A stretch of DNA of 64,000 nucleotides from Malacoraja senta (Eukaryota): contig CM075994.1 in the NCBI GenBank assembly GCA_038087875.1, positions 4,404,001 to 4,468,000 of the forward strand, in the 5' to 3' direction. Position numbers and translations under genes: made by a program. Under the pieces are notes generated by a model. That model was not told the origin of the DNA, did not search any database, and was given only the letters and a program-made list of their open reading frames with translations. This document shows positions 49,671 to 63,379 of the stretch, in pieces; the first letter of the stretch is position 1, and each line of letters starts with the position of its first letter.

Positions 49671-49863
49671 GTCTGAAGAAGGGCCTTGACCAAAACGTCA
49701 CCTGTTCCTTCTCTCCCGAGATGCTGCCTGTCCCGCTGAGTTACTCCAGCATTTTGTGTCTATCTTCAGTTTAAACCAGCATCTGCAGTTCCTTCCTACA
49801 CATAATGTTTTAGCACCATTATACTCAACAGGGGACAGAAAGGCAAAACATCTTTCAAATACT

Positions 49864-49869
49864 TTTATT
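49864..49869 (-). terminator. RPS5 polyadenylation signal
   Basis: AATAAA on - strand about 23 nt after the stop codon. Confidence 0.85.
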
Positions 49870-49892
49870 CGACAACATTTGACGTGACGTTC

Positions 49893-49961
49893 TCAACGGT
49901 TGGACTTGGCCACACGTTCCAGCTCGTCCTTCTTCTTAATGGCGTAAGAGTTAGAAGAGCC
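49893..49961 (-). CDS. RPS5: RPS5 last exon (to TGA); total 203 aa
   Basis: cacag|[22 protein letters not shown]. Confidence 0.98.
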   Translation of the reverse strand, partial: GSSNSYAIKKKDELERVAKSNR

Positions 49962-52779
49962 CTGTGAAAGGTGAAAGAGGGGGAACCATCACACACGTGG
50001 ACTGTGGCGACTCTGCCCAGCATCATCTGGTGCTTCCCACCCTATCCAGACCGTCCCATCACCCGCTCCCCATCCCAAAGGTAACTACAGGCATTTGTGC
50101 TTCCAGAGAACTAGAAAGGGTGGGGGGATTAAGGAGATTATAAGTTTAGATACAGCGCAGAAAAAGGCCCTTCAGCCCACACTGACCAGCAATCACCCGT
50201 TCACACTAGTTTATCCTACACACACCAAGGACAATTTACAGAGGACTAATTAACCTAGAGACCTGCACGTCTCTGGAATGAGGGAGGAAACATTCTGCAC
50301 ACGGAGAAACCCCACGCAGTCACAGGGAGAACTTGCAAACTCCGTACAGACAGCGCACACAGTCAGGATTGAATCCAGGTCCCTGGCGCTGTAGGGCAGC
50401 ACCTGGAAAAAAAACCCGCAGCCACAGGGAATGTGTGCAAACTCCGTACAGACAGCGCCCCTGGTCAGAATCCATAAAGGAGGGGAGAGATTCCACAGTG
50501 AAAGGCATTGAATGGACAAATGTCAGGCGTGGAGGAAATGGAACATACATAACACCGGTTTAAACAGCAACATTATCATCAGGATACAACTGCCGGGAAC
50601 CGAAAGGCTTGAAATTTCCTGTTTTGTTTTTAAACGGGTCTTAGCATCGGCCAGAAGTCAAGAAATGTGCTCAAGGCCCAAGAGGACAGTGTAGGAGGTT
50701 AGGAGTTGGGACTGGCCAATGTTGGGAACAACAAAACATTCCCCTTACGTTAATGCAAACAGGAGGGGCTTAAAGGCAACTTCAGAGTCCTAACTCACCT
50801 GAAAAATCACCTATCCTTGGTATCTGACCTGCTGAGTTACTCCAGCAACTTTGTGTCTATCTTTGGTATAAGCCAACATCTGCAGTTCCTTTTTATTACT
50901 TAAGCCAAGATCATGTTTGACATTACTTTAGTAGTTTACTTTAGAGATACAGCGTGGAAACAGGCCCTTAGGCCCACGCGGACCAGCAACACCCGATAGA
51001 TTAACACTATCCGACACATTACATAGAAACATAGCTGCACGAGTAGGCCATTCGGACCTTCGAGCCAGCACCGCCATTCAATATGATCATGGCTGATTAT
51101 CTAAAATCAGTACCCCGTTCCTGCTTTTTCCCCATATCCCTTGGTTCCTTTAGCCCGAAGACCTAAATCTAACTCTCTCTTGAAATTGACAATTTCCAGA
51201 GGCCAATTGACCCGGTGGCACAGCGGTAGAGTTGCTGAATTACAATGCTGCAGCGCCAGAGACCCGTGTTCGATCCAGACTAAGGGTGCTGTCTGCACGG
51301 AGTTTGTATGTTCTCCCCATGACCTGCGTGGGTTTTGTCCAAGATATTCGGTTTACTCCCACACTCCAAACACGAACAGGTTTGTGGGTTAATTGGCTTG
51401 GTGTACGTGTAAATTGTCCCTTGTGTGCAGGATAGTGTTAATGTGCGGGGATCGCAGATCGATGCGGACCCGATGGGCAGAAGGGCCTGTTTCCGCGCTG
51501 TATCTCTAAACTAAACTAAAATCGAAACCTACAAAAAAACTGTACGTCTTTGGAATGTGGTAGGAATGCAGAGCACCCGGAGAAAACCCGTGCAGTTACA
51601 GGGAGAAGGTACAAACTCTGTACAGTCAGGATTGAACCCAGGTTTGTGGCCCTGCAAGGCAGCAGCTCTACCGCTGCACAAGTGTTGTGTCCAGGGTATA
51701 GCTACATAGCAACCTCAACAAAGGTCTAGAACTACCTCCCAAACAGAAGGCTTAGAGGAAGGAATCCAGTCCAACTACATATAAAGGTTGCCACTGTGTT
51801 TTACATTACAGCACATTTGTTGCCTCCTCCCTAAATGCAAAATGTCATGCTTACAGGAGGATTTGGGGCTTTAGAATTAGATTTTGGAATGTGAATCGGT
51901 ATTTTGAAGGTGGAGATTGGTAGATTCTTGATTAGTACGGGTGTCAGGCGTTATGGGGAGAAGGAGGGGGGAAATGGGGTTGAGAGGGAAAGATAGATCA
52001 GCCATGATTGAATGATGGAATGGATTTGGGAGTGTGGGAGGAAACCTGAGCTCCCGAAGAAAACCCACAGGCCACGGGGAGAACATACAAACTCCATAAA
52101 GACAGCATCTGTCACTGAAAGGCGGCAACTCTACCACTGTGCCGCCAGCACATTGTGCCCCTGTCATCCTCAAGATCAAAGGCCCCTTTCAAAGCAAAAC
52201 GGCTGGAATGGAAGCTATTTCCAGCATCGTTACATAGCATTGCAAGGAACGATGATAAAGCACACACACACCAAAATCCTATACTTCCAGCGGCGGAAGT
52301 CCGCAGGAACTGGAGGACAGAGATGTGTGGTGCGTCCGTCACCGTTCCCGTTGGAAACCAGCACCACGACGTCGCTAATGTTTTCAACGATGATGAATGA
52401 AAATTAATTTCTAAACCAACCAGCTACGTAGCCCATGAGTTTTACATGTCTTTTTTTGGGGCCAATTGTTAAAGTCACAAGGGGCAGATGTGCACTCGGC
52501 CAAATGATTTGCAATTTTCAAGACTGTAACTAGATGGAAACTCAGAATGACAAGGCAACTTCTTGAAGGGAAAACCAAACTCACTGATTCAAGGCGGGGA
52601 CCCTGCACTGGGGTCAACAAAGCCGCCCAGTGTGGTTGGCACTCCCTTGTTTACAGTAGGAGTCTCTCCTCCCAACACCAACCTCTTCCTTATTCTGCGG
52701 GAGTCTGACCAACCCAAGCCAGCAGGGCACACAACCAAAAATTTGTTTTAACTGCACCAAAATAAATTGTGCGCAGTTA

Positions 52780-52956
<177 letters not shown>

Positions 52957-54824
52957 TCAGGTCAGAGAACATTTCAAGAATTTACAAATCCGTAGCAAGG
53001 AAGGCAAATGTAATGCTAGCATTTATTCCGTCCGAGTGGGCTAGAATACAAAAACAGGGATGCAATGCTGAGGCTTTACAAGGCGCTGGTCAGAACACAT
53101 TTGGGAGTAGCGAGCAGTTTCGGGCCCCACATCTGAGGAAGTGCTGGCTCTGGTGAGGGTCCAGAGGAGGTTTAAGATAATGATCCCAGGAATGACTGGG
53201 TTAACATATGATGAGCGTTTGAAAGCACTGGGCCTGTACTTGCTGGAGTTGAGAAAGATGAGGGACCTCATTGAAAGGCCAGGATAGAGTGAATGTGGAG
53301 AGGATGTTTCCACTAGTTGGAGAGTCTTGGACCAGAGGCCGTAGCCTCAGAATACAAGGAGATGACAAGTAATTTATTTTGTCAGAGGGTGTTGAATCTG
53401 TGCTTTATATCCAATCCGATAGGGAATACAAGAGGTAAGACACAGGACTGATGCACAACATTGGGAAATCTGTGAATTGTCTAACTGAACGGATTCTCCT
53501 GTTCCAGGCAGTGGATGGATACAATTCTGTCTGGGAATGTGCAGTTCAGTAATTAATTGACAGCGTTGACAGCGGCACTATTAGAAATGCTCGTTAATGT
53601 CAACGAGGCTCATAAATACATAATGGTAGCTCTTTGCCAAACACCGCAGTAAGCTGTGGAGCCACAAGAGGGAGCACATGGCACATGAAATGAGGCCGAA
53701 ACCTGGAACCAACTCAAAACATAACACTTCATCACAGCCTAACTTTCTCCGACAAAGATTACCTGCTCTGAAACATTAACATTAGGCCCATTTATCTTTC
53801 CGTAGATGCTGCCCAACCCGCTGAGCAATTCCAGCATTTTGTGTTTCGGATGTTTTCTTCAACCCAATTTCGTCCATTGTCTTTGGTTGCACTATGGACT
53901 TTGTTGTTATTAGTTTAGTGTTTTTTTTAGTTATTTAGTTTATTATTGTTACCTTTGCAGTGAAAAGTTTCGTTCAGGGGTTATGGGGAGAAGGCAGGGA
54001 ATGGGGTTGAGGGGGAAAGATAGATCAGCCATGATTGAATGATGGAGTAGATCTGATGGGCCGAATGGCCTAATTCTTCTCCGACAACGTATGAACATGA
54101 AAGAAATATATTTTAATTACTAATGCAATCAATCCATCCACAGCACAAAGATAAAGGGTGAATTTAGTGCAAAGATATAACATTATTAAAGATTATGATG
54201 CATTATAAATTAACCATGTGTGTATGGTGTTTACAGGACTGCTTAACTGCTGCAAGTGAGAATTTCATTGTTCCATTGTCAGTACATATGACAATTATAA
54301 CCGCTGTGGAGGCCAAGTCAATGAATATATTAAGGCAGAGATTTTTTATTACTGAGTGTGTCAGGGGTTATGGCGAGAAGGCAAGAGAATGGCTTTGAGG
54401 GAAAGACAGATCAGCCACAATTGAATTGACTTGATGGCCTTATACTGGTCCTAGAACAAATAGATGCTCTTGACTCAAAATCTTTTTTTTTTAGCTTAGT
54501 TTAGAGATAGTGTGGAAACAGGCCCATCGGCCCACCGAGCTTGCAGTGACCAACGATCCCCGCACATTAATACTATCCTACACACACTAGGGACAATTGT
54601 ACATAGACACCAAGCCACTACGTAATAATAATAATAATGCATTTTATTTATGGGCGCCTTTCAGGACACTCAAGGACACCTTACAGTTAAAACAAACGTA
54701 GACAGCACCTGTAGTGGGGGTCGAGCCCACGTCTCCAGTGCTGCGAGGCAGCAACTCTACCGCTGCACCACCGTGTCGCCCTTTAGTTTGGAGTTATCAC
54801 CCCACCCCACAGGACCAGCCTTCA

Positions 54825-55055
<231 letters not shown>

Positions 55056-55238
55056 TCAGTCAGTTTTGTTTAGTTTAGAGATACAGCACAGAAAAAAGCC
55101 CTTTATCCCACCTAGTCCGCGTCAACCATCGATCCCCGCATTCCAATACAATCCTACAAACACTAGGGACATTCTACAATTATACCAAGCCAATTAACCT
55201 ATAACCCTGTATACGTCATTAAGAGTGTGGGAGGAAAC

Positions 55239-55682
55239 ATGGCAGGACTTTCATATGAAGAAAGACTGGATAGACTCGGCTTGTACTATCTAGAATTTAG
55301 AAGATTAAGGGGGGATCTTATAGAAACTTACAAAATTCTTAAGGGGTTGGACAGGCTAGATGCAGGAAGATTGTTCCCGATGTTGGGGAAGTCCAGGACA
55401 AGGGGTCACAGTTTAAGGATAAGGGGGAAGTCTTTTAGGACCGAGATGAGAAAATCATTTTTCACACAGAATTCTCTGCCACAGAAGGTAGTTGAGGCCA
55501 GTTCATTGGCTATATTTAACAGGGAGTTAGATGTGGCCCTTGTGGCTAAAGGGATCAGGGGGTAGGAGAGAAGGCAGGTACAGGACACTCAGTTGGATGA
55601 TCAGCCATGATCATATTGAATGGCGGTGCAGGCTCGAAGGGCCGAATGGCCTACTCCTGTACCTATTTTCTATGTTTCTATG
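55239..55682 (+). mobile_element. CR1 LINE 3' end, same young subfamily
   Basis: [13 protein letters not shown]...[15 protein letters not shown]. Confidence 0.92.
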
Positions 55683-56864
55683 AAACCGGATTGGGTTAAC
55701 GTATGTTGAACGTCTGAAGGTACTGGGCTTGTACACGCTACAGTTTAGAAGGATGAGGGGGCACATAATTGAAACTTACTGAATAGTGAAATACCTGGAT
55801 AGAGTGGATGTGGATAGGATGCTTCATCTAGTGGAGAGTCTAGGACCAGAGGGCACTGCCTCAGAATGAAAGGACGCACTTTTAAAAAGAAGAGCAGGAT
55901 TTTTTTTTTTAGAGGGCGGTGTATCTGGGGAATTTATTGCTCACACGGCTGTGGTGGCCAAGGCATTGAGTATTTATAAGGTGCAGATTGACATATTCTT
56001 GATTAGCAAGGATGTCAGGGGTGCCAGACTAACATATTTAATAACTGAGTCTGAAGGGCACAATATGTCACTGGAAACGTGGTGCCTCTTGTGTACTGCC
56101 TCAGTGCAAACTACTATCTTTCCAGCTTGTGCTTAAGTATGATTATGCCGTAATATACAGCAAGATTGTTACTGGAGATAAGACACAAGATGCTGGAGTA
56201 ATTCCGCAGGTCAGACAGCATCTCTGGAGAACATGGGATAGTTGACATTTTGGATCGGGACCCTTCTTTGGAATCAGTGGAATCAGTTTCAAATTAAAGA
56301 TGGTTTGAGAGGGCGCTTTCTCACCGAGAGATGGGGAGCACCTGGAATGCCCGAGAGTAGTGAAAGCAATCACCTGAAGAAGGGTCCCGACCCGAAACGT
56401 GAGGTCGGTAAAAGGGTCCCAACCCAAAGGGTCATTTAACCATGTACTCCTGAGATGATGCCTGACATGCTGAGTTACTCCAGCACTTTGTGTCTTTCTT
56501 ATTTGTAAATTGGCATTTGCAATTACTTTTTTGAAGAAGGGCCCCAACGCAAAAGTTTACCTATCCATCCTCTACACAGGTGCTTTCGTTTCGGATCGAG
56601 ACCCTTCGTCAGACTATGAACAAGGGTCTCAACCATAAATGCTGCCTCTTCCTTTCCTCCACAAACACTGCCTGGGTTCGCTAAGCTACTCCAGCATTTT
56701 GTGCCTATCTGCAGCTCCTTGTTACTATAATAAGATTGTTACTGGACTGTATGCAGGAACAAGAGCTGCATTTGCAGTGGGTTCTGCAACATACAGGGAC
56801 ACTTGTCAGCGTACACGGCACAGCGCGAGACGTGGGCACAGTGCCTCCCAACAGCTACACGTCA

Positions 56865-57179
<315 letters not shown>

Positions 57180-58169
57180 TCAGCCCAACTTGCCCATGCT
57201 GACAATCATGCCCCATCCACGCTAGTCCCACTTGTCCTCGTTTTGCTCATATCCCTCTAAACCTTTCCTATCCATGCATCCGTCCAAATGCCTTTTATGA
57301 TAGTAGCTAGGGAGGCACAATGGCGCAGTGGTAGAGTTGCTGCCTTACAGCTCTCGAGACCGGGGTTCAATTCTGATGACGGGTGCTGTCTGTACGGAGC
57401 GTGTACATTTTCCCTGGTTTCTTTCGGGTGCTCCAGTTCCCTTCCACCTTCCAAAGACGTGCAGGTTTGTAGGTTAATTGGCTTCTGTAAATTGCCCCCT
57501 TGCCTGTAGTACATCTTAATATTTCACCCACTTTAGTTTCGTTTAGAGATACACGTGGTAAACAGACCCTTCAGCCCACCGAGTCTGCACTGACCAGCGA
57601 TCATCCCACCCACTAGCACTATCCTACACACTAGACACAAATCACTATTTTTTACCAAAGCCAATTAACCTACAAACCTGCACATCTTTCGAAATGTGGG
57701 AGGAAACCGGAGCACCCGGGGAAAAAATATGGAGTCACAGGCAGAACGTACAAACTCCGTACAGACAGAACCCGGAGTCAGGATCGAACTGGTGTTGCAA
57801 TGCAGCAGCTCTACCGCTGTGCCACCGTGCTACTTGTCTGCTTTCTTATTAGCCTGCCGACACCCTTCACATGTGGTCATTTTCCATAACCTTTGACTGT
57901 AGCACCTCTATTATATTGCCCAGTTGGTCTTTACAAAGGATTTTACTCCTATAAAAACACACCAATTATCTGGTCGTGCTTAATTTCCCTTTCAAAAAAC
58001 CAACATTATTTATTGCCTATTATCCTGAATTTCTGAATGTGCCCAATTATAACATCATTAATAATAGCTTCCATTTTCTATTAACTTGTGGATGTGGAGA
58101 GGATGTTTCCACTATTGGGATATTCTGGGATCAAAGGGCACACTCAGAATAAAGGATGTACCTTTAGAA

Positions 58170-58875
58170 CAGGGGGCTCCAAACCTTTCAGCATGAGGGC
58201 CACATTATATATTTGGCACATTTTTACAGGCCGTAGGAAAAAATAAAGAAATATCAGTTTTAAAAATGTAATGTCTCTCTCTACCTTTCTCTGTCTCTTC
58301 CTCTCTCTGTCTCTCCCTCCGTCTCTCTCCCTCTGTCTTTCTCTCTCCATCTCTCCCTCTGTATCTCTCTCTCGCTCTATCTGTCTCTCTCTCAATGTAA
58401 ACTACCGCGGGCCCCGCCTTCTCCAGCAGGGCGGCGATGATGTCGGGTGGGGGGTGGGGCGAGTGCCCCTGGAGCCAAGGGAGCGGCCAAGGGTACCTGG
58501 CGTGGTGTCTTCCCGCTCCCAGGATGCAGCCGGAGTGGGGACCGGGGGCAGGGAGAGGCCGCGCCGGGTTGGTCCGGGAGACACCGTGTCGGGTACCCTC
58601 GTCCTCTCCCTAGTAGGATGCTCACCGCCGCCCCCCCCCCCCCCCCCCCCGGGGGGCAGAAAAGGAAACTTACCCGTGGAGCTGTCGGGCCCCTGAGGGA
58701 GAAAAAAAGATTTTGACGGCAGTCAGGTAAAGCCAAGAGGGGCGGGGCAAGTGGGGGGCGCTGTTTTATCTCGCTAACACAGAACCCGCTAAATAACCCG
58801 TTCCGTTCCGCTTGGAACGTGTTAAGTTTGCTGCGGGCCAGATGTGGCCCACGGACCATAGTTTGGAGACCCCTG
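58170..58875. mobile_element. hAT (Charlie-like) non-autonomous element
   Basis: TIRs CAGGGGGCTCCAAAC / GTTTGGAGACCCCTG; 8-bp TSD CTTTAGAA / CTTTGGAA; inserted into a CR1 fragment. Confidence 0.85.
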
Positions 58876-59482
58876 CTTTGGAACATTGATTAGTATAGGT
58901 GTCAGAGGGTATGGGGTGAAGGCAGGAGAATGGGGTTAGGAGGGAGATAGATCAGCCATGATTGAATGGCAGAGTAGACTTCTATTCCTATTCCTTATGG
59001 CCTTCGAAAGGAGACGAGAGGGATTTTCTTTGGTCAGAGGGTGGTGAATCTGTGGAACTCACTGCCAGACAGCTGTGGATTCATTGGGTCATTTTAAAGC
59101 GGAGATTTACAGACACATGATTACTAAGGGTGTCAAAGGAAAGCTAGATTTGTCTGTTTAAGTTCATAAGTTCTTGGAGCAGAATAAGGCTAATCGGCCC
59201 ATTAAGTCTACTCTGCCATTTAATCATGGCTGATCTATCTTTCCCTCCCAATCTGCATTCTCCTGCCTTCACCCCATAGCCCCTAATACCCGTACAAATC
59301 AAGTATCTGTCAATCGCCGCTTTACAATACCCAGCAACTTGACCCAAAGAATCCAGCATCCCAGTAGGGTTAATGTTCAGGAACCACCCTCTTGTCTCGA
59401 GTTATTATTTAAATAGATTTGTCCCCAGGGTTTGGGAAATTCATGTGATAGGAGCACAATTAGACCCTTCAGCCCATCAAGT

Positions 59483-60072
59483 CGGAGCAGGGAGGTTCTA
59501 CTGCAGTTGTACAGGGTCTTGGTGAGACCACACCTGGAGTATTGCGTACAGATTTGGTCTCCAAATCTGAGGAAAGACATTCTTGCCATAGAGGGAGTAC
59601 AGAGAAGGTTCACCAGACTGATTCCTGGGATGTCAGTACTTTCATATGAAGAAAGACTGGATAGACTCGGCTTGTACTCACTAGAATTTAGAAGATTGAG
59701 GGGGGATCTTATAGAAACTTACAAAATTCTTAAGGGGTTGGACAGGCTAGATGCAGGAAGATTGTTCCCGATGTTGGGGAAGTCCAGGACAAGGGGTCAC
59801 AGTTTAAGGATAAAGGGGAAATCCTTTAGGACCGAGATGAAAAAAACATTTTTCATACAGAGTGGTGAATCTCTGCAACTCTCTGCCACAGAAGGTAGTT
59901 GAGGCCAGTTCATTGGCTATATTTAAGAGGGAGTTAGATATGGCCCTTGTGGCTAAAGGGATCAGGGGGTATGGAGAGAAGGTAGGTACAGGATACTGAG
60001 TTGGATGATCAGCCATGATCATATTGAATGGCCGAATGGCCTACTCCTGCACCTATTTTCTATGTTTCCATG
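59483..60072 (+). mobile_element. CR1 LINE 3' end, same young subfamily
   Basis: [19 protein letters not shown]...[14 protein letters not shown]. Confidence 0.92.
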
Positions 60073-60655
60073 TAAGTCTATTCTGCTGCTCAATCATGAC
60101 TGATCTATCTTTCCATTTCAACCCCATTCTCTTGCCTTCTCCCCATAACCCCTGATGCCCTTACTAATGAAGAATCTATCAACCTCCACCCCAGAGCCTT
60201 CTGTGCCAAAGAATTCCACAGTTCATCACCCGCTGGCTAAAGAAATTCCTCTGTATCTTTCTAAACGTACGTCTTTTTACTCTGAGGCTGTGCCCTCTGG
60301 TCCAAGACTCTCGCACTAGTGGAAACATCCTCTCCACATCCACTCTATCCAGGCTTTTCACTGTTCAATCCTGACTGCGGGTGCTTGTGTGCATGGAGTC
60401 TGCCCATTCACCCTGTGACCACGTGGGTTTTCCCCGAGAACGTCCGCTTCCTCTTAAGCTCCAAAGACCTACAGGTCTGTACTTTAATTGGCTTGGTATA
60501 AATGTAAGTTGTCCCTAGTGTGTGTAGGACAGTGTTAATATTCGGGGTCGCAGGGGACTCGGGGGGGGGGGGGGGGGGGGGCAATGGCCTGTTTCCACAC
60601 TGTATCTCTAAATTAAACTAAACACCACAGAGCAAGAGAGGTAACACACACACAC

Positions 60656-60760
60656 CTGCAAGGAAATATCGTTGATCTGAACATCGTCAGTGCTCCATTT
60701 GCCAAAGAGCTTGATCTCTGGTGTCTCCGTGACCGCAGGCACGTTTTCCCACTCGGTCAT
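60656..60760 (-). CDS. RPS5: 40S ribosomal protein S5, first coding exon
   Basis: [35 protein letters not shown]|gtgtgt; acceptor AG one base before the ATG implies an upstream non-coding exon. Confidence 0.97.
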
Positions 60761-62759
60761 TCTGTGGAAAAGGACAAAGAAAGTCAGACCCCTGCCCACT
60801 GCCGCGATAAACCCAACGAGCTTCAGAAACTGTGGAGCGGAGGTGGAGAAGTGCGGCAAATGTGAACAACAACCAGTAGCTTCCAGGAGAGAAAGCCCCT
60901 TGCAGTATATAAAACAAAGGCGGGTACTGGGGGGGCAGCTGTACCAACCTCCCTGCCATGGGCGGCATGGTGACTCAGCAGTGGAGTTGCTGCCTTACAA
61001 TACCAGAGACCCGGGTTCGATCCTGACCTCGGGTGTTGTCTGTATGGAGTTTGTACGTTTTCCGTGACTTGCTTGGGATTTCTCCAGGTGCTTCGGTTTC
61101 TTACAACACTCCAAAGACGTAGTTTCATAGGCTTGGTAAAATTGTAAATTGTCCCTAGTGTGTGTAGAATAGTGTTAGTGTGCAGGGGTCGCTGGTCGGC
61201 ACGGCCTCGGCGGGCCGAAGGGCCTGTTTCCGTGCTGTATCTCCAAACTGAACTAAGACTCCATCTACACTTCAGGCTGCCTCGGCTTGGATGCCAGCAT
61301 AATCAAGGACCAGTCTCACCCCAGTTACTCCCTCTTCTCCCCCCAGGCAAGAAGAACAGTAGTTTGAAACCACATACCCCCAGATTCAGAGACAGTTTGT
61401 TCCCCAACTGTTATCAGGCAACTGAACCATCCTCTCACCAATTATTTCGGTTCTGTCCTCTCATCGACCTCATTGGAGACATTTGAACTATCTTTAATCA
61501 GACTTTATCTTGCACTAAATGATACGGATAGGGTAAGAGCTGATGCTTTGTTGAAGATCAGATTAGACAGTCTTTTTAACTTTCCTCTTTGGTCTTGGTA
61601 CAGTCAGGATGGCATTGGAAGGTGTCATACAGAAATCCTGAAGACGTCAGAGTCATACAGCACAGAAACAGGCCCAAGGGCCCAACTTGCCCATGCTGAG
61701 GTGTGGAGGAAGAAACTGCAAATGCTGACTTACACCGAAGATCGATACAAAATGCTGGAGTAACTCAGTGGGACCAGAAGCATCTCTGGACAGAAGGAAT
61801 ATGTGACCTTTCGGGTCGAAACCTTTTACAGCTGAAGGTCTCAACCCAAAACCACATATTCCTTCTCTCCAAAGATGTTGCCTGTCCCGTTGAGTTACGC
61901 CAGCATGTTGTGTGTATGTTCTTGCCCATGCTGACCATGGTGCTCCATCTACATTAGTCCCGCATGCCCGTTTGGTCTGTTCCTATGTACCTGTGCAAAC
62001 GCGGTAGATCAGGGAATCTTCCAGGATATGACTATGACTGGAGTCCCCTGATCAATGGTGTGGCTGAGGGGTTTGTGCTGGGCCCATGGTTCTTTGTCAT
62101 TATATCAAGGACTTAAGACGAGAAGGTACAAGGCATTGCCAGCAAGTCTCCTGGAGATGCTAAAATAGGTGATGTTGGAGGAAGGAACTGCAGATGCTGG
62201 TTTAAACCAAAGTGCTGGAGTAACTCAGCGGGACAGGCAGCATCACTGGGTTGAAGGAATGGGTGACGTTTCAGGTCGAGAGCCCAAATATGTGTTATTG
62301 TTGACAATCAAGTTGTCAAGAATTACAGTGGGATCTAGTTTGAAGACAGGGAGAGAAGGAATAGGTGACAAATCGGGTCTCAACCCTTCTTCAGACAAAG
62401 GGTCTCGACACGAAACGTCACCCATTCTTTCTCTCCAGAGATGCTGCCTGTCCCGCTGATTTACTCCAGCATTTTGTGTCTATCTTTGATTTAAACCAGC
62501 ATCTGCAGTGGGTATAGTTTATTATCATCACGTGCCAATTTATAGTAAAAAGCTTTGTTTTGCTACGAGCTGACCAGTCTGTGGAAATACTAACATTTAC
62601 AGTGTACAGATACAGGATATAGGGAATAACGTTCAGTGCAAGATAAAGTCCGATTAAAGATAGTCCGAGGGTCTCCAATGGGGCAGACGGTTCGTCGGGA
62701 CTACTCTCTGGTTGTGGATGGGATGGTCCAGTTGCCTGATAAAGATAAAGTCCAGGAAA

Positions 62760-63364
62760 GTCTGCAGTTGTTTAGGGCTCTGGTGAGACCACATCTGGAG
62801 TATTGTGTACAGTTTTGGTCTCCTAATTTGAGAAAGGACATCCTTGTGATTGAGGCAGTGCAGCGTAGGTTCACGAGATTGATCCCTGGGATGGCGGGAT
62901 TGTCATATGAGGAAAGATTGAAAAGACTAGGCTTGTATTCACTGGAGTTTAGAAGGATGAGGGGGGGTTCTTATAGAAACATATAAAACGATAAAAGGAC
63001 TGGACAAGCTAGATGCAAGAAAAATGTTCCCAATGTTGGGCGAGTCCAGAACCAGGGGCCACACAGTCTTAGAATAAAGGGGAGGTCATTTAAATTTGAG
63101 GTGAGAAAAAACTTTTTCACCCAGAGAGTTGTGAATTTGTGAAATTCCCTGCCAGAGGGCAGTGGAGGCCAAATCACTGGATGGATTTAAGAGAGAGTTA
63201 GATAGAGCTCTAGGGGCTAGTGGAGTCAAGGGATATGGGGAGAAGGCAGGCACGGGTTATTGATAGGGGACGATCAGCCATGATCACAATGAATGGCGGT
63301 GCTGGCTCGAAGGGCCGAATGGCCTCCTCCTGCACCTATTGTCTATGTTTTTATGTTTCTATGT
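62760..63364 (+). mobile_element. CR1 LINE 3' end
   Basis: [15 protein letters not shown]...[11 protein letters not shown]; (TTTCTATG)-type tail. Confidence 0.9.
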
Positions 63365-63379
63365 AAGTCCGATTAAAGA

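Noticed and set aside
50523..50582. Possible C/D snoRNA (CTGATGA...CTGA, - strand)
   Set aside because: Non-purine box C start, no terminal stem, no recognisable guide.
53606..53740. Possible C/D snoRNA (AGGC-T-GTGATGA...ATGA-GCCT)
   Set aside because: Box D is non-canonical, the stem is only 4 bp, and no rRNA target was recognised.
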